Origin: Vicinamibacterales bacterium
GTDB taxonomy: Bacteria; Acidobacteriota; Vicinamibacteria; Vicinamibacterales; UBA2999
Reading direction: 5' to 3'
Length of the DNA: 64,000 nt
NCBI GenBank assembly: GCA_041659285.1
Contig: JBAZYO010000001.1
Span: 448,618-512,617 of the forward strand
The notes under the pieces were generated by a model. It saw only the letters and a program-made list of their open reading frames with translations, was not told the DNA's origin and ran no database searches. The position numbers and the translations under genes were made by a program. This document shows positions 20,103 to 29,280 of this stretch, piece after piece (position 1 is the first letter of the stretch; the number at the start of each line of letters is the position of its first letter).

Positions 20103-20480
20103 TCAGACCTCTGGCCACATCGGCGTGAAATAGTACACACCAACTGCACAGGCAGTGACGCTGGCGATGAGAAGCGCCGGCACCATCCTGCTGCCCGCGA
20201 TTCGTGCGAGCGCGGCTCGAAGGATGGCCGCTACGACGATTGCGGCGCTCACGTAAACCGCTTCGCCCAGGTTTGCCAACGTCTTCGGCAACGCGCCTGA
20301 GATGATCAAAGTTAGCCACACCGCGAACGGCACGAGAAAGACCGTCAGCTCCCACCAATGCCAGCGCACGAAGCGACGCGTGAACCAGACTACGGGTGCA
20401 ACTACCGGCAAAGTGATTACCGCGTGACCCAACCAAAGGATGGCCAAGACGAGAATATCGTCATAATCCAAATAATTCAC
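20103..20480 (-). CDS. Hypothetical small membrane protein (about 4 TM)
   Basis: 125-aa hydrophobic ORF in a visibly lower-GC stretch. I recognise no family. Confidence 0.45.
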   Translation of the reverse strand: MNYLDYDDILVLAILWLGHAVITLPVVAPVVWFTRRFVRWHWWELTVFLVPFAVWLTLIISGALPKTLANLGEAVYVSAAIVVAAILRAALARIAGSRMVPALLIASVTACAVGVYYFTPMWPEV

Positions 20481-20733
20481 GATGTCGGCCTAACTGTATC
20501 TATGCTGCGAGGCCGTCGGCCCATTCCGACCTTCCATAGCCGAATCTACGCAGCAAAGGACACCAGGCATCAACTCTCTGGTGACAGCGCAAGGTGCCAG
20601 CGTTGCGGATGATAGCACTCCGATGGACCGCTGCCCGCGAGGGCCTTCGCTGCCAGATCCGGGGCCGGGCCATCCCGAGCACTGCCCACCATCAATCCAA
20701 CACAAAGCGTTTGTAATCGAGCGACGGTCGGCC

Positions 20734-20787
20734 CGATTCGATTGAGTCCGATTGGATCAAATCTGCGCCAAATCTGCGGCTGTCTTC
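20734..20787 (-). repeat. Short tandem array (CGATT-type then AAATCTGCGCC/AAATCTGCGGC) ending in GGCTGTCTT
   Basis: The array lies immediately 3' of the aminotransferase stop at 20788. The segment AATCTGCGCCAAATCTGCGGCTGTCTT is about 80% identical to 9063-9090. Confidence 0.7.
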
Positions 20788-21996
20788 TTATCCGTGGCTG
20801 CTGATGGCCGCGGCAAGCCGAGTGATGCCCTCGGCGATCTGTTCGTGGCTGATGCCCGAGAATGACAAGCGCGCATACTGGTGTCCGCGGCCGTCCACGA
20901 AGAACGCGCTGCCGATCACGAAGCTCACCTTCTCCTTCAGCGCCCGCTCGAACAGTTCCCGATCATCGACGCCCTCGGGCAGTTCAATCCACAGGAAGAA
21001 CCCGCCGCGTGGTGAGGTCCACTTGACCCGGCCCGCCAGCGCCGACTGCAACGCCTGCTCCATCACCGCCCGCTTGGCCTGGTAGTGCGCGCGCAAGCCG
21101 GGCGCGATGCGATCGACCACGCCCCGATCCATCGCGGCGTGCACGATGCGCTGGTCGAACACGCTGCTGCAGATGTCGGCGGCCTGCTTGGCCAGTTCGA
21201 CCTTCTGCGCAATCGCCCGCGGCGCCACCATCCACGCCACGCGCAGGCCGGGCACCAGCACCTTGGAGAAACTCCCGAGGTAGACCACGCGCCCGTCAGC
21301 ATCGTCGGCCTTGATCGGCCGCGTGTCGGCGGCGGTCGCGGCGTCTTCGAAGTAGATCGCGCCGTACGGATCGTCCTCGAGAATCACCAGGTCATGGCGC
21401 CGCGCGGCGTCGAGCAGCGCGAGCCGCCGCGCCCGGCTCATGAGCAGGCCCGCCGGGTTCTGGAAGTTCGGCGTCACGTAGATGAACTTCGGGGTCTGCC
21501 CCTTCGCCCGGATGCCGGCGATGGCGGCATCGAGCGCCGCCAGGTCGATGCCCTCGGCGTCCTGCGGCACGCCGGCGAAGCCGGCCCGCAGGTTATGAAA
21601 CGCGGCGAGGGCGCCGCTGTAGGTCGGGAGCTCGACCAGGATGACGTCGCCCGGATCGATCAACACGCGCCCGACGAGGTCGAGGCCTTGCTGGGAACCG
21701 GTGGTGATGACCATGTCTTCGAAGGCGCCGGTGATGCCGCGGTCCTTCAAGGTCTTGGCGATCAGCTGTTCGATCAGCGGGCGATAGCCGCGGGTGGCGC
21801 CGTACTGGAGCACGTTGCCGTCGCGCCGGGCCAGCAGCTCGGCGGTGATCGACTGGAGGTCGTCCCACGGGAACACGTCCGGCGAGGGGTATCCAGCGGC
21901 AAGCGAGATCAAGCCGGGCACCGCCGCGCCGAGAATGCCCGAGCGGCGGATGGCCGATTCCTGGAAGTCCTGGGCGGCTTTCGACAACTGGATCAT
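20788..21996 (-). CDS. PLP-dependent aminotransferase (class I/II, LysN/AspC-like)
   Basis: 403 aa from the ATG at 21996 (MIQLSKAAQDFQESAIRR), with the PLP-lysine motif GSFSKVLVPGLR. The start forms an ATGA overlap with the upstream gene. The longer 447-aa ORF is an upstream extension. Confidence 0.85.
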   Translation of the reverse strand: MIQLSKAAQDFQESAIRRSGILGAAVPGLISLAAGYPSPDVFPWDDLQSITAELLARRDGNVLQYGATRGYRPLIEQLIAKTLKDRGITGAFEDMVITTGSQQGLDLVGRVLIDPGDVILVELPTYSGALAAFHNLRAGFAGVPQDAEGIDLAALDAAIAGIRAKGQTPKFIYVTPNFQNPAGLLMSRARRLALLDAARRHDLVILEDDPYGAIYFEDAATAADTRPIKADDADGRVVYLGSFSKVLVPGLRVAWMVAPRAIAQKVELAKQAADICSSVFDQRIVHAAMDRGVVDRIAPGLRAHYQAKRAVMEQALQSALAGRVKWTSPRGGFFLWIELPEGVDDRELFERALKEKVSFVIGSAFFVDGRGHQYARLSFSGISHEQIAEGITRLAAAISSHG

Positions 21997-23000
21997 GCGC
22001 GTGTCACCTGCTGCAAATGGCCGGGTGGCTGCACTTCGACGCCGGAGGGCTGCAGCGTGCAATGCAGCCGGGCGTAGGTCGCCACGCCGGTGAGACCAAC
22101 GAACTGGAACACCACGCCGCGGACCAGCCACGCGAACACCTGCAGCGGCAGGGCGGCAAGGCCCACAAAGGGCACGAACGCAATCAGGCCGAGCGCGGCC
22201 GTCGCCAGGATCGAGACGCCCGTCGCCATCAGCATGAGGGCGAGGATGGCGGCGAGCACCTGCCCGATCTCTTTCGTCCGCCGCCGCATCAGGCGCGCCA
22301 CATGCGGCACGGCCTCGTGCACGGCGCAGTCTTCCGCGGCGACGACCAGCTGCAACAGCAGGTAGACGAAGTTGACGAGCGTCACGGCGAGGATCAACGC
22401 CAGCGAGGCCAGCGCGACGGTCACCGGGCCGTCGAGCGCGCGCGTCACCGGCGGCCCGAACACCAGCGCCATGTAGCCGCCGAAGAGGAGCGCGTAGACC
22501 ACGGTGAGCCCGATGCCGAGCCGCAGGTAGCGGGAAAACAGCGACCGCACGCCGCCGGTGAAGCGCTCGACGGTGGACTGGTTGGCCGGCGCCAGCGACG
22601 ACAGCCGCAGCGGCGGCAGCTCGATCGGGCCGGCCGCGCGGTCGCCGGCCAGGAGCACGGTCACGCTCCCCGCCTTCACCGCAAACATCAACACCGACCC
22701 ACCGGAGAGCACGAGCCCGAGCGCGACCAGGAACGCCGCGAGCGCGACCGGTTGCGCCAGCAGCACGCCCACCATGGTCGAGAGGATCTGCCCCGGCTCG
22801 AGCCTGAGCATCTCGAGGGGATCGCCGCCCACCACGAGCGCGACCAGCATGAGGCCGCCGACGATCGGTACGGCCAGCAAGGTCTTGAACAGGGTATCGG
22901 CGACAAACTGGACGAGGACGACTTGCCAGTTGGCCGCGGTGACCAGCGCACCGCGCTTGAGCGCGAACTTCAACGAACGTGGGACGCTAGACAGATCCAC
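21993..23000 (-). CDS. Hypothetical polytopic membrane protein
   Basis: 335-aa ORF with a GTG start and six or more hydrophobic segments. It is translationally coupled to the aminotransferase. I recognise no family. Confidence 0.55.
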   Translation of the reverse strand: MDLSSVPRSLKFALKRGALVTAANWQVVLVQFVADTLFKTLLAVPIVGGLMLVALVVGGDPLEMLRLEPGQILSTMVGVLLAQPVALAAFLVALGLVLSGGSVLMFAVKAGSVTVLLAGDRAAGPIELPPLRLSSLAPANQSTVERFTGGVRSLFSRYLRLGIGLTVVYALLFGGYMALVFGPPVTRALDGPVTVALASLALILAVTLVNFVYLLLQLVVAAEDCAVHEAVPHVARLMRRRTKEIGQVLAAILALMLMATGVSILATAALGLIAFVPFVGLAALPLQVFAWLVRGVVFQFVGLTGVATYARLHCTLQPSGVEVQPPGHLQQVTRA

Positions 23001-23008
23001 ATTCTACA

Positions 23009-26000
23009 ATGGCGATGCGGATGGCCTTCCCACCCTTCGTCGCCCGGAGCGCCCAGAAGCTGGCCTTGGGCGGAGCCGTGGCCGCGCTGGCAATCGGGAT
23101 CGCCGCGTTCGTGGTCGAGCGTACGCAATTGGGGGCCGACCTGGCCGCGTCCCGGGCGCGGCTGCAGGCCGAGGTGTCCGGCCAGTTCGCCGCGCTGGGC
23201 AACCGCCTCGACCTGGCCGTCCGGGCGGTGTCGCTCGACGCCAACATCGTCCGGCTGGCCGAGCAAGGTGATGCCGCCGCCACGCGCAGCCTGTTCGACC
23301 AGGCCGCCGCCGGCGCGCGCACCTCGGCCGAGCCGGTCTCGGTCACCATCTACGGCGCGCAGAATCAGCCCGTGGCGTGGGTGGGCCGATCCGAAGACGT
23401 GCCCGACGCCCGGCTGACCGGGCCGGCGTCCCTGTTCCTGGCGCAGAGCACGCAGGGCCTGCAACTGGTTCGCGTCCAGCCGGTGGTGGACGCCGCCGAC
23501 CCGGCCCGCCACATTGGCGCCGTGGTCGCCGAGGCGCCGCTGTCGCGCCACGGCCGCGCGCCGATGGCCGGTGCCGGCTTCGCCATCGAGACCAGCATCG
23601 TGCCCGTCTCGTTGCGCCCGCAGTTCGAGGGCGCGTCCGACGCCGGCCCCGACTCGTTCATCATCCGTACGCCGGCCGGCACGCCGTTGGCGTCCGTGCT
23701 GCTGTCTGACGCCGACCTCGAAGGCTCTCGCCAGCTGATTCGCGATCGCCGCTTCGCGGCCGAGATCGCGCTGGCCGCCATCCTGTTGCTGCTCTTCGCC
23801 GGGCCGCTGCTCGATTGGCGGCGCGCCACGCGATCGGCGCCGGCCGCCGCCGGTCTCACGCTGGTGATTGCGCTCCTGCTCGTCGGCGCCCGCGCCGTCC
23901 TCTGGATCGCGACGCGCCGAGTGGGTCTCGCCGAACCGGCGCTGGTGCCGTCGGCGCCGTGGGCGCCGGTGTCGGCCCTGCTGATGGCGTCACCGCTGGA
24001 CTTCCTGCTCACCGGCGCGACCGCGCTGGCGCTCACCGCGCTGGCCGCCTCCACCTTCACCCTCTGGCGCCTGGCCCATCGTCCGGGTGTGGGCGTGATC
24101 GTGGTGGACAAGCCGTCGCTCGGGTGGTTCTTCCTGACGGTGCAGGCCGCCGCCGGCGCGGTGGTCGTGGCGCTGCTGATCGCGTACGGGTCGTTCCTGC
24201 GGACGGACGTGTCGCAGGTGGCGGTGGACATCCTGCGCTTCGCGATCGAGCCGCGCGACTGGGTGCGCCTGTTGGTGGTGGTGGGCCTGCTCGCGTTGAA
24301 CGCGGCCGTGGTGGGCCTGGCGGTGGTGGTCCTGCGCGCGGCGGCGTCACCGTGGGTCTTTGCGACCGCACCCCGTCGCTGGCGCGTGCGCGGCGCGCTG
24401 GCGTGGTTGCTGCCGGCGGCGTTGCTCCTGTGGCCGGGCGTCGACGTCTACGCGCCGCTCGCGCCCACGTTGACGGTCGTCGCGTTTGCGGCCGCCGCGG
24501 CCTGGACGCTGCATCACTACGGGCCGTGGTTGCCGCGCGGATCGCAGGCCACGCGGCTGCTGGTGTCGCTGCTGGCCCTCGTGCTGCCGTCGGTGGTGCT
24601 GTATCCGTCGCTGGTCGATGCGGCGGCGCGGGCCCGCCGGCAGTTGGTGGAAGAGCGATACGCGCCGGAGGTGCTGAACCAGCGTCCGGACGTCCGCCTG
24701 AAGCTGGTGCAGGCGCTGGCCGAGATCGATCGGATCGAAGCACTGGATGACCTGGTGAGCGCCAGCGAGCCGCCGCCGGCCGGTCCGCCACCGACGGACG
24801 CGGCGTTCCTGGTCTGGTCGCAAACCAGCCTGGCCACGCAGCGCCTGACCTCGAGCGTGGAACTGCACAACACCGCCGGCGCCATGGTGAGCCGGTTCGC
24901 CATGAGCCTCCCCGATCTCGTCCAGGGCCAGGTCTGGCAGGAGAAGTCGTGCGAATGGGAAATGCCCGAGGAGGTGTCGCCGTTCTTCTCGGTCGAGCGC
25001 CGGCTGCTGCATGCCGGCCGCGCGATCTGCGTCACCGGGCCAGATGGCCGTCGCCAGGTGGCCGGTTCGGTGGTCGTGCACTCGATGCTCGACTACGCCA
25101 ACCTCTCCTTCATCTCGGCGCAGGATCCCTACACCGCCCTGATGCGCTCGGGACAACCGCGGCCGGAGCCGCGGCCGCGCGCCGAGGTCGATCTCTACGT
25201 CTACGGCTGGAGCCGCCGCGTCCTCTACAGCTCGGTTGAGACGGCGCCGCCGTTGACCGAAGAGGTGTTCCGGCGCGCCTACGAATCGCGCACCCCCTTC
25301 TGGACGACGATTCCTCGCGAGTCCGGTTCGCTCGACGTTTACGTGATGAGCGACCGCGCGGGCATCTACGTGCTGGGGACGGCCGAGCCGACGGCCTTCG
25401 GCCACCTGGTGACCATCGCCGAGCTGATCACGCTGGTGTTCGCGGCGTTTGTGCTGATGGCCGGCGGCGGAGTGGCGGCGAACTTCATCCTGGCGCGCGC
25501 GCCGGCGACCGGCCGCGCGCTGCTGGCCGAGGTGCGGGCGAGCTTCTACCGCAAGCTGTTCCTCGCCTTCGTGCTGTCGGCGGTGGTCCCGGTGCTGGCG
25601 CTCGCCCTGGTGTCGCGTGCCTACATCGCGTCCCTGATATTGGCCGACATCGAGAGCGAAGCGACGCGCCTCGCCACCGTCGCCAGCCGCGTCGTCGAAG
25701 ACATGGGCACGCTGCAAATCGGCCAGGCGGCGGTGGACGACAACATCATCGTGTGGCTGAGCCGCGTGATCGCGCAGGACGTGAACATCTTCGAGGGCCC
25801 CAACCTGCTGGCGTCGAGCGAGCGCAACCTGTTTTCGTCGGGCCTGCTGCCCACCCGCACGCCCGGCGAAGTGTTCCGGGCCATCCTGCTGGATGGCCAG
25901 CCGTCGTACGTCGGGCGCGAGGTGGCCGGCGACCTCGAGTACCTGACCGCCGCCACGCCGGTGCGCCTCCAGGGCGGGCGCCAGGCGGTGCTCACCGTGC

Positions 26001-26962
26001 CGCTGACCTCGCGCCAGCAGGAAACGCAGGCGCAGATCGAAGAGCTCGATCGCCGCGTGTTGCTGGCGGCGCTGCTGTTCATCATGGTCGGCGCCGGCAT
26101 CGGCTACTACATGGCCGAACGGATCGCCGATCCGGTGAACCGGCTGATGCGCGCGACCCGCCGCATCGCGCGCGGCGACCTCGACGCGCGGGTGCTGGCC
26201 ACCTCGTCTGACGAGCTGCGGCGCCTGGTCGAAGCCTTCAACCAGATGGCCGCGGACCTGCAGCGGCAGCGGCAGGAACTCGAGCGTACCAATCGCCTCG
26301 CGGCGTGGGCCGACATGGCGCGCCAGGTGGCGCACGACATCAAGAACCCGCTGACGCCGATCCAGCTGAATGCCGAGCACCTGCGCCGGGTGCACATCGA
26401 TCAAGGCCGTCCCCTCGGCGGCGTGATCGACGAATGCGTGAGCAACATCCTCGGCCAGGTGCGCCTGTTGCGGCAGATCTCATCGGAGTTCTCGAGCTTC
26501 GCCTCGTCGCCCGAACCGCGGCCGGTCGACACCAGCCTGTTCGAGCTGGTGGCTGAGATCATCGACCCCTATCGGTCGGGACTCGCCGGCCGCGTCGTCA
26601 TCGACACGCACGTGCCAACCGGCCTGCCCCTGCTCCGCGTCGACCGGATGCTGGTGGGCCGGGCGCTGACCAACGTGCTCGAGAATGCGCTGCACGCGAT
26701 GCCGGGCGGCGGCACGCTGACCATCGATGCCGCGCTGGCGCCGGGAGGCATGGTGCAACTGCGCGTGACCGACACCGGCATCGGCATGGATGCCGAGGCG
26801 ATGGCCAAGATCTTCGAGCCGTATTTTTCGACGAAGGCGATTGGGACCGGGCTGGGGATGACGATCGCGAAGCGGAACACCGAGGCGACCGGCGGGTCGA
26901 TTCAGGTGGCGTCGGAGCGAGGCCGCGGGACCACCGTGACCATGACGCTGCCGCTGGCCTAG
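23009..26962 (+). CDS. Large membrane sensor histidine kinase, NtrY-like transmitter
   Basis: 1317-aa ORF with many N-terminal TM segments and a HAMP domain (IADPVNRLMRATRRIARGDLDARV). The H-box is QVAHDIKNPLTPIQLNAEHL, the N-box is LTNVLENALHAM, and the G-boxes are DTGIGM and GTGLGM. Confidence 0.85.
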   Translation: MAMRMAFPPFVARSAQKLALGGAVAALAIGIAAFVVERTQLGADLAASRARLQAEVSGQFAALGNRLDLAVRAVSLDANIVRLAEQGDAAATRSLFDQAAAGARTSAEPVSVTIYGAQNQPVAWVGRSEDVPDARLTGPASLFLAQSTQGLQLVRVQPVVDAADPARHIGAVVAEAPLSRHGRAPMAGAGFAIETSIVPVSLRPQFEGASDAGPDSFIIRTPAGTPLASVLLSDADLEGSRQLIRDRRFAAEIALAAILLLLFAGPLLDWRRATRSAPAAAGLTLVIALLLVGARAVLWIATRRVGLAEPALVPSAPWAPVSALLMASPLDFLLTGATALALTALAASTFTLWRLAHRPGVGVIVVDKPSLGWFFLTVQAAAGAVVVALLIAYGSFLRTDVSQVAVDILRFAIEPRDWVRLLVVVGLLALNAAVVGLAVVVLRAAASPWVFATAPRRWRVRGALAWLLPAALLLWPGVDVYAPLAPTLTVVAFAAAAAWTLHHYGPWLPRGSQATRLLVSLLALVLPSVVLYPSLVDAAARARRQLVEERYAPEVLNQRPDVRLKLVQALAEIDRIEALDDLVSASEPPPAGPPPTDAAFLVWSQTSLATQRLTSSVELHNTAGAMVSRFAMSLPDLVQGQVWQEKSCEWEMPEEVSPFFSVERRLLHAGRAICVTGPDGRRQVAGSVVVHSMLDYANLSFISAQDPYTALMRSGQPRPEPRPRAEVDLYVYGWSRRVLYSSVETAPPLTEEVFRRAYESRTPFWTTIPRESGSLDVYVMSDRAGIYVLGTAEPTAFGHLVTIAELITLVFAAFVLMAGGGVAANFILARAPATGRALLAEVRASFYRKLFLAFVLSAVVPVLALALVSRAYIASLILADIESEATRLATVASRVVEDMGTLQIGQAAVDDNIIVWLSRVIAQDVNIFEGPNLLASSERNLFSSGLLPTRTPGEVFRAILLDGQPSYVGREVAGDLEYLTAATPVRLQGGRQAVLTVPLTSRQQETQAQIEELDRRVLLAALLFIMVGAGIGYYMAERIADPVNRLMRATRRIARGDLDARVLATSSDELRRLVEAFNQMAADLQRQRQELERTNRLAAWADMARQVAHDIKNPLTPIQLNAEHLRRVHIDQGRPLGGVIDECVSNILGQVRLLRQISSEFSSFASSPEPRPVDTSLFELVAEIIDPYRSGLAGRVVIDTHVPTGLPLLRVDRMLVGRALTNVLENALHAMPGGGTLTIDAALAPGGMVQLRVTDTGIGMDAEAMAKIFEPYFSTKAIGTGLGMTIAKRNTEATGGSIQVASERGRGTTVTMTLPLA

Positions 26963-27771
26963 CTGGCGTCTTCGTGGCGGGCCGCATCCGGCGAGCCCTG
27001 TTCGGTGGCCGGCTCGCTCCGCCTCTTCCCCATCAGCGTCCCGACGAATCCCGAAATGAAATAGGAATACGCCAGCACGATCAGCACTTCGTGCGGATAG
27101 GTGACCAGCAGCGCGATGCCCGCGGCCACCAGCAGCAGCAAACGGTAACCGCCGCGCATGCCGAGGTCGAAGGTCTTGAAGCTCTGGAAGCGGATGGAAC
27201 TCACCATCAGGATCGCCGGCACCAGCAGCATCACCAGGCCGAGCCAGGCTTGGGGCTTCGCGGCCAGGGCCTCCGGAAAATAGAAGACGGTGGCCGCTAC
27301 CAGCCCGGCCGCGGCCGGGCTGGGCAGGCCGATGAAGTAGCGCTTGTCGGTGTTGGTCTGGATGTTGAACCGCGCCAGCCGCAGCGCCGCCGCGGTCAGG
27401 TAGACGAAGCCGACCGCCCACCCCATGCGGCCGAGCGGCTGCAGCCCCCACTGAAACGCGAGCACCGCCGGCGCCATGCCGAACGAGATGAGGTCGGCCA
27501 GCGAATCGAGCTGCACGCCGAACTCGCTGGTGGTGCCAGTCATGCGGGCAATGCGGCCGTCGAGCATGTCGAGCACGACCGCCACGCCGATGAACGGCGC
27601 CGCGGTGATGAACTCGCCGCGCATGGCATGGACGACGCAGGCCCAGCCGCAAAACAGGTTGGCCAGCGTGAACAGGCTCGGCAGCAACGACACACCGCGC
27701 CGGATGCCACGGCGGTCGTGGCTGCGGTTGAAGGCGTGCAGACGTAGGGGCGAACCGTGCCGCGATTCCAC
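26959..27771 (-). CDS. pssA: CDP-diacylglycerol--serine O-phosphatidyltransferase
   Basis: The CDP-alcohol phosphatidyltransferase motif is DMLDGRIARMTGTTSEFGVQLDSLAD. The GTG at 27771 lies 1 nt after the psd stop and is the likely start. The ORF upstream of it overlaps psd. Confidence 0.85.
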   Translation of the reverse strand: MESRHGSPLRLHAFNRSHDRRGIRRGVSLLPSLFTLANLFCGWACVVHAMRGEFITAAPFIGVAVVLDMLDGRIARMTGTTSEFGVQLDSLADLISFGMAPAVLAFQWGLQPLGRMGWAVGFVYLTAAALRLARFNIQTNTDKRYFIGLPSPAAAGLVAATVFYFPEALAAKPQAWLGLVMLLVPAILMVSSIRFQSFKTFDLGMRGGYRLLLLVAAGIALLVTYPHEVLIVLAYSYFISGFVGTLMGKRRSEPATEQGSPDAARHEDAS

Positions 27772-27772
27772 T

Positions 27773-28402
27773 TTACGACTCCAGCGTTGCGAGCGTTGTC
27801 TCACCGGCGACGACCTTGTCGCCAACCTTCACGCGAACCTTCGCGGAAAGCGGCAGAAACAAATCCATGCGCGATCCGAACTTCATGACCCCAAACCGCT
27901 GTCCCCGTTCGACGCGGTCGCCGACCTGCAGCCGGCACACAATCCGGCGCGCCAGCACGCCGACGATCTGGCGGGCGACAATCGGGCCGCCCGGGCGGTC
28001 GAACCAGACTTCGGTCCACTCGTTGAGCTGCCCCGCCTCCTTGCGGTAGGCGGGCAGGAACTGGCCCGGATGATACTCCACGCGGGTCACGGTGCCGTCA
28101 ACCGGCGTGCGGTTCACATGCACGTCGAGGGGCGACAGGAACATGCTGATGGTCTGCCACTCCCCGGGCGGTGCGCCCGGACCGGCCGGGTCGCCGGCGA
28201 CCATGATGCGGGCGTCGGCGGGCGACACCACGAGGTTGGCGCCAACCGGCGTCGCGCGGTCGGGATCGCGAAAGAAGAAGACGAAGAACGCGGCGAGGAC
28301 GAGGAACGGAATTGACCACGCGCGCCCAAACCAAAGTCCGGCGCCAAGCGCCAGCACCACGGCCGCGCCAATAAAGGGCAGGCCGGCCCGATCGATAAAC
28401 AT
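27773..28402 (-). CDS. psd: Phosphatidylserine decarboxylase proenzyme (short form)
   Basis: 209-aa ORF with an N-terminal TM pair and a Gly-Ser self-cleavage site in GVMKFGSRMD. It shows psd-pssA operon order. Confidence 0.85.
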   Translation of the reverse strand: MFIDRAGLPFIGAAVVLALGAGLWFGRAWSIPFLVLAAFFVFFFRDPDRATPVGANLVVSPADARIMVAGDPAGPGAPPGEWQTISMFLSPLDVHVNRTPVDGTVTRVEYHPGQFLPAYRKEAGQLNEWTEVWFDRPGGPIVARQIVGVLARRIVCRLQVGDRVERGQRFGVMKFGSRMDLFLPLSAKVRVKVGDKVVAGETTLATLES

Positions 28403-28418
28403 CCCTTTGATAATAAGA

Positions 28419-28487
28419 CGCCGGGCGTGGTTTCCCGGAAAATATCGAGCACCTCGGTCAGGTGCTCTCGGGAAACGACGCCCGGCG
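28419..28487 (-). terminator. Long hairpin, probable intrinsic terminator after the DUF465 gene
   Basis: The outer arms are CGCCGGGCGTGGTTTCCCG and CGGGAAACGACGCCCGGCG (one mismatch). The inner hairpin is GAGCACC-tcggtca-GGTGCTC. On the minus strand it is followed by TCTTATTATC. It starts 7 nt after the stop codon. Confidence 0.55.
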
Positions 28488-28493
28488 GGGCCC

Positions 28494-28736
28494 CTAGGCT
28501 GGCAGGGGGGACGCGCTCGTGCTGCTGCTGCGGTGCTCCCGCAACATCGTTTCCATCCGGTCTTTGATGTGGAGTTTGCGCTTCTTGAGGCTGACTTCTT
28601 CGACTTGCTCTTCGTCTGACAGGTAATGCTTGGCCTCGAGTTCGTGCAGGCGATTCTCGAGTGTGTGGTGCGTGGTGGCCAATTCGCGGAACTCCTCGTT
28701 GGTCTCGAGGAGCCGGTACTTTAAGTCCTCAGCCAT
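28494..28736 (-). CDS. DUF465 (YdcH-like) small coiled-coil protein
   Basis: 80-aa ORF. The segment EEFRELATTHHTLENRLHELEAKHYLSDEEQVEEVSLKKRKLHIKDRM matches the DUF465 pattern. Confidence 0.75.
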   Translation of the reverse strand: MAEDLKYRLLETNEEFRELATTHHTLENRLHELEAKHYLSDEEQVEEVSLKKRKLHIKDRMETMLREHRSSSTSASPLPA

Positions 28737-28830
28737 CTCTCCGCCTCCCTTCCGGGGTCGGTGCGGGAACGCTTGCCGCCCCTATATCCGGACTCTACCA
28801 CCACGGTTTTGCGAATTAAAGCGGCAAGAT

Positions 28831-29280
28831 TTATCGCGACGGGTTCCGCACCAGCACCAGGGCGTCTTCCACCGGCTGGGTGTAGTAGTTGCGCCGCACT
28901 CCGGCCTCGGTAAACCCGGCCCTGGCGTACAGGCGCAGCGCGGCCGCATTCGACCGCCGCACCTCGAGGGTGGCGCTTTCGGCGCCCATTCGGGCAGATT
29001 CGGCCATCACATCCGCCAGCAGGCGGCTGCCCAACCCTTGTCCGCGCAATTCCGGGAGGACGGCCAGGTTGTTGATGTGGATTTGCTCGGCCACCCGCCA
29101 GAAGGCGCAGAAGGCCGCGACCGGGCAGTCCGGCGTGCGGAGCACGAAGATGTAGCAGACCTCGGGGCGCTTCAACTCGGCCTCGTACCACTCGCGGGTC
29201 GTCGGGTTGTTGAACGAGGCGTCCTCGATCGCCAGCACGCCGTCGAGGTCGGCGGGGCTCGACAGCCGCTCCACGATCAC
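28831..29280 (-). CDS. rimI: Ribosomal-protein-alanine N-acetyltransferase
   Basis: 149-aa GNAT protein with the acetyl-CoA motif LPELRGQGLGSRLL. It overlaps tsaB by 4 nt, the classic tsaB-rimI pair. Confidence 0.85.
   Translation of the reverse strand: MIVERLSSPADLDGVLAIEDASFNNPTTREWYEAELKRPEVCYIFVLRTPDCPVAAFCAFWRVAEQIHINNLAVLPELRGQGLGSRLLADVMAESARMGAESATLEVRRSNAAALRLYARAGFTEAGVRRNYYTQPVEDALVLVRNPSR

Noticed and set aside
20490-20705. 71-aa and 60-aa minus-strand ORFs and an 84-aa plus-strand ORF in the 20481-20787 gap.
   Set aside because: They show no motifs, no SD sequences, mutually overlapping frames and atypical composition. The gap is treated as non-coding.
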